Shown here piece by piece: positions 18,354-27,130 of a stretch of 64,000 nt of DNA; position 1 is the first letter of the stretch; every line of letters begins with the position of its first letter. The stretch spans positions 28,125-92,124 of the forward strand of contig JAXLUO010000015.1 in assembly GCA_046329495.1 (NCBI GenBank), written 5' to 3'. Below the pieces are notes generated by a model. It was not told where the DNA came from, did not search any database, and was given only the letters and a program-made list of their open reading frames with translations. The DNA comes from Chitinophagales bacterium. GTDB taxonomy: Bacteria > Bacteroidota > Bacteroidia > Chitinophagales > LD1. A program made the position numbers and the translations under genes.

Positions 18354-20720
18354 ATGAAAAAAATTGGACTCAGCTTGGCCGTAATAGCTATGGCGTTAGG
18401 CGTGCGTGCGCAAAACGTAGGTATTGGCACTAATAACCCTCAAACTAAACTGCAGGTGGAGGGTGCCATAAGTTCCTCTCCTGCAAGCGTAACTGCCGGC
18501 ACGTCCGCTTTCTTTCTTGGAGATAATGTTTCTATAGTACGCATTACCGATAACGGCAACCCGGCAGCAAACGGAAATGCTTCAGTAGCTAACCCTCAAA
18601 ACGGCCAATACCTTACCATTTATAACAGCGATGCACAACCGGTAACTTTTAATGGTTATACCATTGGTGCTTCTAACGGAGTTATAAGTGTTGTATATGT
18701 AGGCAACGGTTGGCGTTTAGTGAGCGATAATATGGGCATCCCCGGTCCGCAGGGCCCACAGGGTCCGGCTGGTCCGCAAGGTCCGGTAGGGCCTCAGGGA
18801 GCAGTAGGTCCGCAAGGAAATGATGGCCCACAAGGTCCCGCTGGTCCACAAGGGGCCGTGGGCCCGCAGGGTTCAGTTGGTCCTCAAGGGGCGCAGGGTC
18901 CTCAGGGTGCTGCAGGTCCTCAGGGAACACAAGGCCCGCAAGGCACACAGGGTCCGCAGGGCCCGGTTGGTGCCCAGGGTATACAAGGTGCCGGCTACAC
19001 AGCAACTTCTACCACCAGTACAACCATAAGCAATGGCAGCAAAACATTTACTACCCAGGCCGGTTTGGCTTATTTACCAAGCATGCGTGTTCGCATAGCG
19101 AACGATGCATCTAATTACATGGAAGGCGTAGTAACGGCCTATTCCGGCACCACACTTACTATTACTACTGACCGCTTTGTTGGAGGAGGCACCTATGCTT
19201 CATGGAATATCGGTATCGCAGGCGATCAGGGCGTGGCAGGGGCTCAAGGTGCAGCAGGTCCTCAGGGTGCCCAGGGGCCACAAGGTCCCGCCGGCCCTCA
19301 AGGTGCACAAGGCGCTGCAGGCGCACAAGGTCCTCAAGGTGCAGTTGGTCCACAAGGTGCACAAGGCCCTGTTGGCGCACAAGGGCCACAAGGCATTCAG
19401 GGCCCTGCGGGTGCGCAAGGCCCCCAAGGAGCACAGGGCCCTGCAGGCTCGGCCAATATAAACGGTACTACTAATACCATCATAAAGTTTACCAGCGCAA
19501 CCACCGGTGGCAATAGCAACGTTACCGATGACGGTACTACGCTAACTACCAGCGATCAATTTGATGTTACAGGCGGTACTGGCACTTCATATATAACCGC
19601 ACCAATAGAAGTAAGAACTACCAACACGCCACGTGTATCTTTCCATTGGCCCGGTGTTGTAGCCTCGCAAATAGGTATGGATGCAGCAGGTGTAATAAGA
19701 ACGTATAATAATCCGGGCACTGGTTATGAGCAGTTTGCTGCTTCTAACATAACTGCTAACGGCAATTTGTATGTTACCGGTAATGCCGGTATTGGCACTA
19801 CATCTCCTGCTTCGCGCTTGCATGCCGTTGGTAATACTTCTGCGCTTACCGACTATGGCATTTTTACAGTTGGCGAAGCGAATAATAATAACGCAACACA
19901 GCGCGGCATTTCGTTTGGGTATGACGCATCCAACGAATGGGCATGGATGTATGCGCGCACTGTAGGTTGTTGTGGCCGCACCATCAACATAAATAATACA
20001 GCCTATGTTCAAGCCAGTGGCGGTGTCGGTATAGGCGCTACCAGCCCGCAAGTAAAACTATCTGTGGGTGGAAACGGTATCAACGTTTATAGTACAGATA
20101 TATGGACAGAAAATAACATACACGTACAGGGTAACGAAACGTTGGCCCAGGGTGGCCGGGGGCGTTTGCGTGTAGGTACGGCCTGGGGCTATGTTGGTTT
20201 ATATGCAGAGTCTTCTTCCAGCGGTGCTGCTAACGACCTTGTGTTGGGAACAGGATCGGGTGTGGTTCGCATTGGGCCTAATGGTGGCGGACAGCAATTG
20301 CGCGTAGGCAACCTGGAAGGTGCCGGCGGCAGATTGGTGCATGCGGATGCGAATGGTATTCTGCAGTATGGGACCTCTCCAACTTGTCCAACTATTAGCT
20401 TCGCTGTTCAAACCGCCAGTGTAGATCTTACATGGAGAAAGCTTTGTGTGTATGCTGAAAACTTCAATAATAACTGGAACCAAAAGTCATCAGACTGCAA
20501 TGCATATTATCAGGGAGCACAAATGTGTACCTATAGCCAAATCAGAACAGCTTGCCTGGCTGGTGTAGGCTTCACTCCAGCTGTTGATCGTTGGCTAGCT
20601 GACCGCGCCGGTGACGATGCTGCTATTTACACAAACATAGCGGACTGCAATAACTTTGATGGCACACAGGGAACCGGAAACAGCCACGGCGTGTATTGTT
20701 GCCTGGAGTTAGCGAAATAG
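18354..20720 (+). CDS. Secreted fibre-like protein with two collagen triple-helix (Gly-X-Y) tracts, VGIGT-motif beta regions and a Cys-rich C-terminal globular domain
   Basis: 788 aa with a signal peptide ending [21 protein letters not shown]. Gly-X-Y runs cover aa 128-214 and 288-368. There are later [18 protein letters not shown] and [18 protein letters not shown] motifs. The last ~125 aa hold 9 of the protein's 11 Cys. Confidence 0.85.
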   Translation: MKKIGLSLAVIAMALGVRAQNVGIGTNNPQTKLQVEGAISSSPASVTAGTSAFFLGDNVSIVRITDNGNPAANGNASVANPQNGQYLTIYNSDAQPVTFNGYTIGASNGVISVVYVGNGWRLVSDNMGIPGPQGPQGPAGPQGPVGPQGAVGPQGNDGPQGPAGPQGAVGPQGSVGPQGAQGPQGAAGPQGTQGPQGTQGPQGPVGAQGIQGAGYTATSTTSTTISNGSKTFTTQAGLAYLPSMRVRIANDASNYMEGVVTAYSGTTLTITTDRFVGGGTYASWNIGIAGDQGVAGAQGAAGPQGAQGPQGPAGPQGAQGAAGAQGPQGAVGPQGAQGPVGAQGPQGIQGPAGAQGPQGAQGPAGSANINGTTNTIIKFTSATTGGNSNVTDDGTTLTTSDQFDVTGGTGTSYITAPIEVRTTNTPRVSFHWPGVVASQIGMDAAGVIRTYNNPGTGYEQFAASNITANGNLYVTGNAGIGTTSPASRLHAVGNTSALTDYGIFTVGEANNNNATQRGISFGYDASNEWAWMYARTVGCCGRTININNTAYVQASGGVGIGATSPQVKLSVGGNGINVYSTDIWTENNIHVQGNETLAQGGRGRLRVGTAWGYVGLYAESSSSGAANDLVLGTGSGVVRIGPNGGGQQLRVGNLEGAGGRLVHADANGILQYGTSPTCPTISFAVQTASVDLTWRKLCVYAENFNNNWNQKSSDCNAYYQGAQMCTYSQIRTACLAGVGFTPAVDRWLADRAGDDAAIYTNIADCNNFDGTQGTGNSHGVYCCLELAK
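18735..18995 (+). repeat. Collagen Gly-X-Y coding tract 1 (about 29 triplets, 9-nt periodic GGN CCN CAR-type DNA)
   Basis: [28 protein letters not shown]...[12 protein letters not shown]. The DNA is stop-free in several frames, which explains the overlapping ORFs in the track. Confidence 0.9.
19215..19457 (+). repeat. Collagen Gly-X-Y coding tract 2 (about 27 triplets)
   Basis: [31 protein letters not shown]...GAQGPAGSA. Confidence 0.9.
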
Positions 20721-20723
20721 CAG

Positions 20724-22112
20724 TTACGGCGTAAGCGCCTTTCTTACATCCTCCAACTCATTCGTTCGCTTAAGAATATTTAAAGAGCCATCCAAAACGT
20801 AAAACGTTGGGGTGGCTCTTAAAGCGTACAACTTAACGGCTTCACTATCCCAATAACGCAAATCGCTGATGTTTCTCCAATCCAGCTTGTTTTTAGCAAT
20901 AAAGTTTAGCCAGTCTTCCTTTTTACTATCAAGCGATACCGCAACAAAATCTACACCTTTTGCGCTTATTTCGTGCGCATATTGTAGTACATCGGGTGTA
21001 ACTTTTTGGCAATGCTGACACCAACTGGCATAAAAATAAAGCACCACATTTTTCCGGGTCTTCATCGTGCTAAGCCAAAAGTAGTTTCCTTCGGCATCAG
21101 GCATTATTAAATCAGGGGCCTTGTTGCCGGGTGCAAGGCGTTTCATCTGTTCAACAATTTCAGCCGATTTGCCCAGTAAGGGTGGTGCCTCGCAGGTGGT
21201 ATAATAGTTACTGAATAGGTAGTCTACTAAGGGAAAGTTGTTGCGTTCAGTAAAATAATCGGTAAGCGCAGTTAGTACGTATTTCTTTAATTCATTGTCA
21301 AGGTTAAATTTTTTCATCACCTCATCTACTCCTTGCTGCAAACCCTTTTCATTTTGATTTACCCATAGGTCCATATAGGTAAACACCTGTTGCCGAAGAA
21401 ATGGGGTAGTAGCCAGCAGCGTATCCGAAGCATTTATAAAATCAAAAAAGTGGTAATGCTGAAAAGAGCGGTTATTGTCAAACTCTTTACCACTTGCAGA
21501 TTCGGCGATGTTGGCTTTCAGCAAAGCCGGTATAATAGCCTTAGCACAGTAACCGTTTGGTTCAACTTCTGTAATATGCTTTAACGCTTTATTGAAATCA
21601 ATCAACCCCTGTTGGTGGTAGGTTTTAAGCGCTGAGGACTTAGTAGCGTATTGCGGCTCAAATTCATCAATGGCAATACCAAGGTGGCCTATGCTGTCTT
21701 CAAAGTTTTTTAACTGATTAAGCCGGCTTTTTACCTGCCAAAGCAGCTTGTTTTCTGCTGATGTAGTAAAACCTGTTTCAATTATAAGGCCCTCATACCA
21801 TCTCGCTTTAAAATTCAATTCAGCATCAGTGCCTCCAATAAACAGAATACTGTCGCCGTTGTCAAACCATAACTGGTAGGTGCCCTGTTGCAGGGGCGCG
21901 CTTAGTTTAAATTCAAAAGTTCCATTATTGTTTATTACGGTAGAGGCAACCGGTTGGTAATAGCTGGTAGTATAGCGGGCAACAGTAACAGTCTTCGTAT
22001 TCGTTTCGGCGTAGTTGGCAATGGTGCCTTTTATAGCAACAGTTTGGCACAAGGGTGTTAAAGGCATCAAAAGCACCGCAACAAACATTACGGCAGGCAG
22101 ATATAATCGCAT
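20724..22112 (-). CDS. Long-form TlpA/ResA-like thiol:disulfide oxidoreductase (N-terminal ~330-aa domain plus a C-terminal thioredoxin fold)
   Basis: 462 aa with a signal peptide. The C-terminal thioredoxin motif is VVLYFYASWCQHCQKVTP, followed by FVAVSLD...ATPTFYVLD. It has the same architecture as 29878-31284. Confidence 0.8.
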   Translation of the reverse strand: MRLYLPAVMFVAVLLMPLTPLCQTVAIKGTIANYAETNTKTVTVARYTTSYYQPVASTVINNNGTFEFKLSAPLQQGTYQLWFDNGDSILFIGGTDAELNFKARWYEGLIIETGFTTSAENKLLWQVKSRLNQLKNFEDSIGHLGIAIDEFEPQYATKSSALKTYHQQGLIDFNKALKHITEVEPNGYCAKAIIPALLKANIAESASGKEFDNNRSFQHYHFFDFINASDTLLATTPFLRQQVFTYMDLWVNQNEKGLQQGVDEVMKKFNLDNELKKYVLTALTDYFTERNNFPLVDYLFSNYYTTCEAPPLLGKSAEIVEQMKRLAPGNKAPDLIMPDAEGNYFWLSTMKTRKNVVLYFYASWCQHCQKVTPDVLQYAHEISAKGVDFVAVSLDSKKEDWLNFIAKNKLDWRNISDLRYWDSEAVKLYALRATPTFYVLDGSLNILKRTNELEDVRKALTP

Positions 22113-22307
22113 TGCTCAAAGGTATGGCTTTCCTGTTTATTGATGTATAAGAATCACTGGTGCGTTTACAAGGCTTTTAACTTAATGCTTTGGTGCGCAC
22201 TATTGAAAGCCACTTTAGAGTAGGGTATGCCTGGACTTTCGCAACCTCTATCAGCAACAACCTCGTCCATCTAAGCCTTCTTTCCTTCGGATTCTTCGTG
22301 AAAAAAA

Positions 22308-22844
22308 TTAAACGTCATTTTCCAAAATCCGCTTTAAACTATGCAGGCTCTCGTCCAGATCTCTGGCAAAATTCTTCTCAGCCATCGGTATCATCAGGTT
22401 AAAGGGAAAAGGTAAGGTGCCGGCATTCGTCAGGTACACTTTGGTTTGCGAATCCGATAAGGCTTCCATTTTCATAATTACCCGCGCCGAAACCTTCATG
22501 GGCTTGGTAAACCGTATCTCGGTTTCTACCTTCTCGTTTTCCACTATAGCTATAATCTCTTTAGCACCTTCGCCGGCATCCTTATTACCGGTCCAGGCAT
22601 ATACATAACCAACCGTACCGTCTGTGCCGGTGGTGGTTACTTTTCTATGCGGATCACTCTTGGCCCATTTATTAAACTTATCCTGGTTCTTCAACAGCCG
22701 TAAAAAGCCGAACACCTTTGCTACCGGCTCATTAATTACAATGGAACGCTTCACAAAATGTTCTTTCCGCATAATAAGCGCCGCCACCAGCAATAAACCT
22801 ACCACCACAGCTACGATGTATACAATTACTAAAATGATATCCAT
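22308..22844 (-). CDS. SRPBCC (START/polyketide-cyclase-like) family protein with an N-terminal TM anchor
   Basis: The start was moved to the internal ATG (MDIILVIVYIVAVVVGLLLVAALIM). The body (INEPVAKVFGFL...WAKSDP...EIRFTKPMKVSARVIMKME) fits the SRPBCC pattern. Confidence 0.65.
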   Translation of the reverse strand: MDIILVIVYIVAVVVGLLLVAALIMRKEHFVKRSIVINEPVAKVFGFLRLLKNQDKFNKWAKSDPHRKVTTTGTDGTVGYVYAWTGNKDAGEGAKEIIAIVENEKVETEIRFTKPMKVSARVIMKMEALSDSQTKVYLTNAGTLPFPFNLMIPMAEKNFARDLDESLHSLKRILENDV

Positions 22845-22927
22845 ATGGATGGTTTGTTGTCTTTTCAATAAAGAGGTCTTCAAATATATACAACCTAATC
22901 TTTCCGGCATTTCCCTTATCATGCAGC

Positions 22928-23302
22928 GTGAATGCTCTACTCTGGACAATGCAATGCCTGCTGGCAGTTATTTTTATCATGCCCGGCTGGGGCAAAATTT
23001 CAGGCACGGTGCAGCAGCATATTGCCGATGGGCACATTAAGCCGGGAGCTTCTATTGTTCCTATCCGCATTTTGGGTTTAATGGAGTGGCTGGGTTGTAT
23101 AGGCATTATAGTACCCTGGTATCTGGGCATACTCCCTGTGCTAACCCCACTAGCAGCTTCGGGCTTTGCACTTATTATGCTGGCCGGCCTGGTTAATCAC
23201 ACAATTAAAAAGGAATACAAAATGCTTCCGATGCTCAGCCTAATCCTGGTAATGGCTGCATTTGTCGCCTATTATCGGTTTCAGCAGTGGTTGGAGTTAT
23301 AG
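22928..23302 (+). CDS. DoxX-family membrane protein
   Basis: 124 aa, four hydrophobic helices and LLAVIFIMPGWGKI (the DoxX G-x-x-K signature region). The start is GTG 22928 or ATG 22949. Confidence 0.7.
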   Translation: MNALLWTMQCLLAVIFIMPGWGKISGTVQQHIADGHIKPGASIVPIRILGLMEWLGCIGIIVPWYLGILPVLTPLAASGFALIMLAGLVNHTIKKEYKMLPMLSLILVMAAFVAYYRFQQWLEL

Positions 23303-23545
23303 AGGGAGAGGTCCATCTCCTTTGTTCTAATCCACTCTCTTTCTAAGGTTAAAGAACTTTGAGCTTTTAATCTTGCTTAGCGCCTTTGTGTTAAAAATGA
23401 ATTATTATTAGGCAATTGTTTCAAAAAATATTACCTTAGTGGCACAAAACACTAAACCTGTGAATTTCACTACCACTATCCTTATGTTCATACTTCTCAG
23501 TTTGCTGCTAATCGGCAGTGCAAACATTACAATTTTGACAATTTG

Positions 23546-23883
23546 TGCACTGCAAAATCAACTGCACAAATCTGCACAAATGCACAAAAACATAATTTGG
23601 GGTAAAGCCCGTTTTTCACTGATTTAACACAAAAATTCATCACATGAAAATTTCTGTAACTTGTGCACAAGCTGAAAAGTGCACAAGCATGCACAAGTAG
23701 CTGTGGATAACCGTAGAGGTTTAGAATTTGCGGCCGGTCCTTTCCAAAACTATGGAAGGTCCCGGGCGAAGCCTTGCACAAGAATATTAATTACGGTATT
23801 TGTCCTACAAATCTTTCCCATCCTATAAATGCTGGTTAAAAGTGTAAAGGAGTGTAAAGTAAGTTCAGCGCTTGTGCAGAAAA
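23546..23883. repeat. Cluster of about nine copies of the word TGCACAA(G/A) in an ORF-free spacer between convergent genes
   Basis: tgtgcactgcaaaa, ctgcacaaa x2, tgcacaaaaa, ttgtgcacaagc, gtgcacaagc, atgcacaagt, ttgcacaag, and the reverse copy cttgtgcag. Confidence 0.8.
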
Positions 23884-23912
23884 GTGTAAAGAAGTGTAAA
23901 GTTTCAGGCGCT
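23841..23912. repeat. Tandem ~37-bp unit, each with 2x GTGTAAAG and ending ttcagGCGCT
   Basis: agtgtaaaggagtgtaaagtaagttcagcgct / (tgtgcagaaa)agtgtaaagaagtgtaaagtttcaggcgct. Confidence 0.8.
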
Positions 23913-24140
23913 GGGAACTGGATACAGTAAACAGAAGACTGTAAACTTTACATCGCCTTTCTTTCTTCGCGCCTTAGTGGCAAAAAATAATCTGTGTTAA
24001 TCTGTGCCAATCTGTGGTGAACTTGTATTCGGCTGTTTAACTGGAAACAGCAAACAGAAGACTGTAAACTCTACATAGCCTTAGTTCCTTCATGCCTTTG
24101 TGGCAAAAAACTTTGATTTTGAAACATTAAATTTTAAACT
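23913..24140 (+). repeat. Further copies of the modular dispersed repeat seen at 17226-17490
   Basis: The stretch ...cttcgcgccttagtggcaaaaaataatctgtgttaatctgtgccaatctgtggtgaac and the following aactggaaacag...gaagactgtaaactct core are near-identical to the 17343-17455 unit. This is followed by a cctttgtggcaaaaaa box with a different word block (tttgattttgaaacattaaattttaaac). Confidence 0.85.
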
Positions 24141-25794
24141 AACTACTTTCTGCCACGCAAACACTATACGTATTATATCCTCCGCTGATGTTCTTTACCC
24201 GTTCATAGCCGTTTTGCAACAGTATTCGTTGGGCCAGGTAACCCCTCAAACCAATCTGACAAAAAATATAGATGTTCTTATCCTTCGGCAATTCCTGTAA
24301 GCGGCTGCGCAAATCATCTACCGGTATGTTAATAGCACCTGGTATGGTGCCGGCATTGTATTCGTGTGGTGCGCGCACATCCACCAGCAAATCGTCCTTA
24401 CTCAATGCTGCTACTTCATTCCAATAAATAACATGCAAGCGCTTGCTCAAAATATTATCAGCCACAAAGCCTGCCATATTAATAGGGTCCTTCGCCGAAG
24501 AGTAAGGCGGCGCATAAGCATGCTCAAACTCCATCAGGTCGTAAATGGTGCCGCCGTCTCTTATTATAGCGGCCAGCACATCCAGGCGTTTATCCGTTCC
24601 TTCAAAGCCCACAACCTGCGCACCGTAAAGCTTACCATCCACCGGCGAAAAGGCGATTTGTATACTCAATTGCTGCCCGCCGGGGTAATAGCTGGCATGC
24701 GCATTACTATGTGTAGTAGATATAAGGTGCGGAACATTGGCTGCCTTCAAATGCTTCGAAGCCATACCGGTGGAACCGGCAGTCATATCAAACAGCTTTA
24801 CAATGGCAGTATTGATAGCGCCCTTGTAACTTTGTTTATTACCCAGCACCATGTTGTTGGCGCAAATACGCCCCTGCTTATTAGCAGGCCCCGCCAGATA
24901 CGTGTTCATAGAGTTACCGGTAATCGGGTTGGCAAATTCAATGGCATCACCCACTGCATAAATATCGGGGTTGCTGGTTTGCAGATACTCGTTTACATAA
25001 ATGCCTTTAGCAGGTCCCAACTGCAAGCCTGCATGCGCTGCCAGTTTGGTATCGGGCCGCACGCCAATGGAAAGTATTACTACATCGGCCGCAATAGCAT
25101 CGCCATCTTTTATCAGCACATTCAAACCTTTTTCGGTTTGCTCAAACCCGGCAACCGCTGTACTCAATTTCAACTGCACACCTTTTTCGCGCATGTGCTG
25201 CTGTATCTTAGCTGCCAGCGGAAAATCCAGTGGTGCCAAAATCTGTCCCGCCATTTCAATCACGGTAACTTCCATACCAAGCGCATGCAGGTTCTCGGCC
25301 ATCTCCAAACCAATAAAACCGGCGCCAACTATTACAGCCTTTCCGGCCTTGCGTTGGTCCACATAACTTTTAATAAAGTCGGTGTCGTTTACATTGCGCA
25401 GCGTAAAAATGCCCGGCAATGTTATGCCCGGCAGCGGTGGACGAATTGGTTCGGCACCCGGCGAGAGCACCAGCTTATCGTAGCTTTCTTCGTAAGCTTT
25501 ACCTGTTTTCAGGTCAATAGCCTGTATTGTTTTCTTGTCCGGGTTAATAGAAGTAACCTCTGTTTTTACCCGCACATCAATATTAAAGCGGGCATTAAAC
25601 GAAGCAGCCGTTTGCACAAACAGCTTGTCGCGCTGTTTAATTACTTCACCTATGTAGTAGGGCAAACCGCAGTTAGCGTACGAGATGTATTCACCCTTTT
25701 CAAAAATCACAATCTCGGCATGTTCATCCAGCCGCCTTAAACGTGCGGCTGTACTGGCGCCCCCTGCTACGGCACCTATAATTACATATTTCAT
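24139..25794 (-). CDS. CoA-disulfide reductase / NADH oxidase-family flavoprotein fused to a C-terminal rhodanese domain
   Basis: The start was moved to MKYVIIGAVAGGASTAARLRR (FAD GxGxxG). Other marks: the redox Cys in SYANCGLPYY, a second dinucleotide fold at VIVGAGFIGLEMAE, AVGDA, and a C-terminal rhodanese with active-site loop IFCQIGLRG. Confidence 0.85.
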   Translation of the reverse strand: MKYVIIGAVAGGASTAARLRRLDEHAEIVIFEKGEYISYANCGLPYYIGEVIKQRDKLFVQTAASFNARFNIDVRVKTEVTSINPDKKTIQAIDLKTGKAYEESYDKLVLSPGAEPIRPPLPGITLPGIFTLRNVNDTDFIKSYVDQRKAGKAVIVGAGFIGLEMAENLHALGMEVTVIEMAGQILAPLDFPLAAKIQQHMREKGVQLKLSTAVAGFEQTEKGLNVLIKDGDAIAADVVILSIGVRPDTKLAAHAGLQLGPAKGIYVNEYLQTSNPDIYAVGDAIEFANPITGNSMNTYLAGPANKQGRICANNMVLGNKQSYKGAINTAIVKLFDMTAGSTGMASKHLKAANVPHLISTTHSNAHASYYPGGQQLSIQIAFSPVDGKLYGAQVVGFEGTDKRLDVLAAIIRDGGTIYDLMEFEHAYAPPYSSAKDPINMAGFVADNILSKRLHVIYWNEVAALSKDDLLVDVRAPHEYNAGTIPGAINIPVDDLRSRLQELPKDKNIYIFCQIGLRGYLAQRILLQNGYERVKNISGGYNTYSVCVAESS

Positions 25795-25854
25795 GGTGGG
25801 GATCAATTTCAGGGCAAATGTAGGTTTCCCCACCAATGGTATTTGGAACAAATG

Positions 25855-26730
25855 TTACTGAGTTGCTGAATCGGCAAGACGTAACATCCAGGTTGCCTGA
25901 GTTTTTGCAGGGCTCATGCCGCTTGTTGCAGGCTCATTTTTAAAGCTCCTGGTAAGGTTATTGAAACTGCTTAATTTCTGGCTGCCGATATGGGCCTCTT
26001 TCTCTTTCACAAATCCCATCTCTTCAAAAAAGGCTTCTGCCTCTTCAAAGCTTGCAAACTTATTATCCTCTATGTGGTGTTGTTCAAAAAAGGTTTTCGT
26101 CAACTCAGGCAGCGGCAAAGGTTTCTCGCCTGCTTTACGAATGTAGATATCAGCAGTTATCCAGTAGCCGCCACGTTGTTTTAATACCTCGCGGATGTTG
26201 CGACATAGCTGTTCCTTTTCCTGCCGGTTTAAATACATCAGCAAACCTTCGTTTACAATGGCAATAGGTCCTTCAGGGAACGAATTGCAGATCGATTGCA
26301 GTTCGTTCATGTTCATTGCGTTTAAGCCGGTTAGTTCCAGGGTACCCCTTAATACGGGATGTTCCTCTTTAAGTTTATGCACCAGTGCCTTCTTCTCTTC
26401 AATAAGGGCCGGTAAGTCGGTATCAATGTAGTACACCTGTTCTGTCATTGCAGTATTAAGCCCCCGCATCGAATAGCCGGAGGCTAACTCAAGAATGTTC
26501 GTTGCACCCGTGCCCTTTAAGAGTTGATCAATGCTTTTGTAGCGCTTCTCAAAATGCAATACACGTGCCCAAAAGGCAAAATCCGCATTCTTGGTAAGTT
26601 CAGCTAAGGTTCTTGGGTAATAGGCTAATTCAGCTAATGTTTTGGCAAAGGGGATATCGGTAAATGCTTTTAACAGCAAAAGCGATTTCGCCGAAGGGCT
26701 GATGGAACTGAAGTTGCGCTCTTCTTTCAT
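25855..26730 (-). CDS. Class I SAM-dependent methyltransferase (leucine carboxyl / O-methyltransferase-like, COG3315-type)
   Basis: ILELASGYSMRG (motif I-like), YIDTDLP and IVNEGLLMYL are typical of the LCM/TcmP-like methyltransferase family. Confidence 0.65.
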   Translation of the reverse strand: MKEERNFSSISPSAKSLLLLKAFTDIPFAKTLAELAYYPRTLAELTKNADFAFWARVLHFEKRYKSIDQLLKGTGATNILELASGYSMRGLNTAMTEQVYYIDTDLPALIEEKKALVHKLKEEHPVLRGTLELTGLNAMNMNELQSICNSFPEGPIAIVNEGLLMYLNRQEKEQLCRNIREVLKQRGGYWITADIYIRKAGEKPLPLPELTKTFFEQHHIEDNKFASFEEAEAFFEEMGFVKEKEAHIGSQKLSSFNNLTRSFKNEPATSGMSPAKTQATWMLRLADSATQ

Positions 26731-26831
26731 AATAACAGTTTATGCATACATAACAGGAACGCGGGAATGGGAATTCAAATATAGCAAGCCCGGCGGCATA
26801 GATTTTTACCCATTGACTTAAATACCACGCT

Positions 26832-27032
26832 ATGGAAAAGAAGCAAAATGAGAACCCTGCAGAACACAGCGGTTTGGGTAAAAACGATAAGCTGAGCAAC
26901 CGCCACCATGGTAAGGATCCGGCCACCACAAACAACGAACCTTTTGACGAAGGCCAGTTGGAAACCGAAAACAAGCCGCCCAAAGCCGACGAAAAGGAGA
27001 GTAGCGCAGAAGAAGATCCTGCCAGACATTAG
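26832..27032 (+). CDS. Hypothetical small, highly hydrophilic (K/E/N/P-rich) protein
   Basis: 66-aa ATG ORF in the spacer upstream of htpG. It is low-complexity and I recognise no family. Confidence 0.3.
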   Translation: MEKKQNENPAEHSGLGKNDKLSNRHHGKDPATTNNEPFDEGQLETENKPPKADEKESSAEEDPARH

Positions 27033-27130
27033 TCTGTTGCTGCAATGCTGGCACCCTAATTGAAAAATTGGCAGAGTTTGGCCGGTTGGCACATGCCTTG
27101 TATTTTGCACCCCACCCAAAACTACATAGC

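Noticed and set aside
18682-19474. Several overlapping 70-110-aa ORFs in other frames and on the opposite strand of the collagen tracts
   Set aside because: The 9-nt periodic GGN-CCN-CAR DNA is stop-free in many frames. The translations are monotonous Pro/Arg/Leu/His repeats. Only the Gly-X-Y frame is continuous with the flanking protein.
23439-23627. 62-aa ORF with a hydrophobic stretch, a possible small membrane protein
   Set aside because: It starts at a GTG inside a repeat box, and its C-terminal half is encoded by the TGCACAA word array (LHKSAQMHK). It is more parsimoniously non-coding. Only ribosome profiling could rescue it.
23702-23710. Perfect DnaA-box 9-mer TGTGGATAA (reverse complement TTATCCACA) inside the repeat-rich spacer. 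I considered a replication origin.
   Set aside because: It is a single copy. A specific 9-mer is expected about 0.5 times by chance in 64 kb on both strands. There is no dnaA or dnaN nearby, and no cluster of boxes or adjacent AT-rich unwinding element.
24364-25740. 458-aa ORF on the plus strand
   Set aside because: It is entirely antisense to the well-supported CoA-disulfide-reductase gene. Its composition is Arg/His/Cys/Gln-rich with no motifs, which is a typical shadow ORF of a GC-biased coding strand. The same applies to 25001-25366, 26830-27468 (antisense to the htpG 5' end), 17508-17972 (antisense to ydeI) and 62485-63069 (antisense to GH31).
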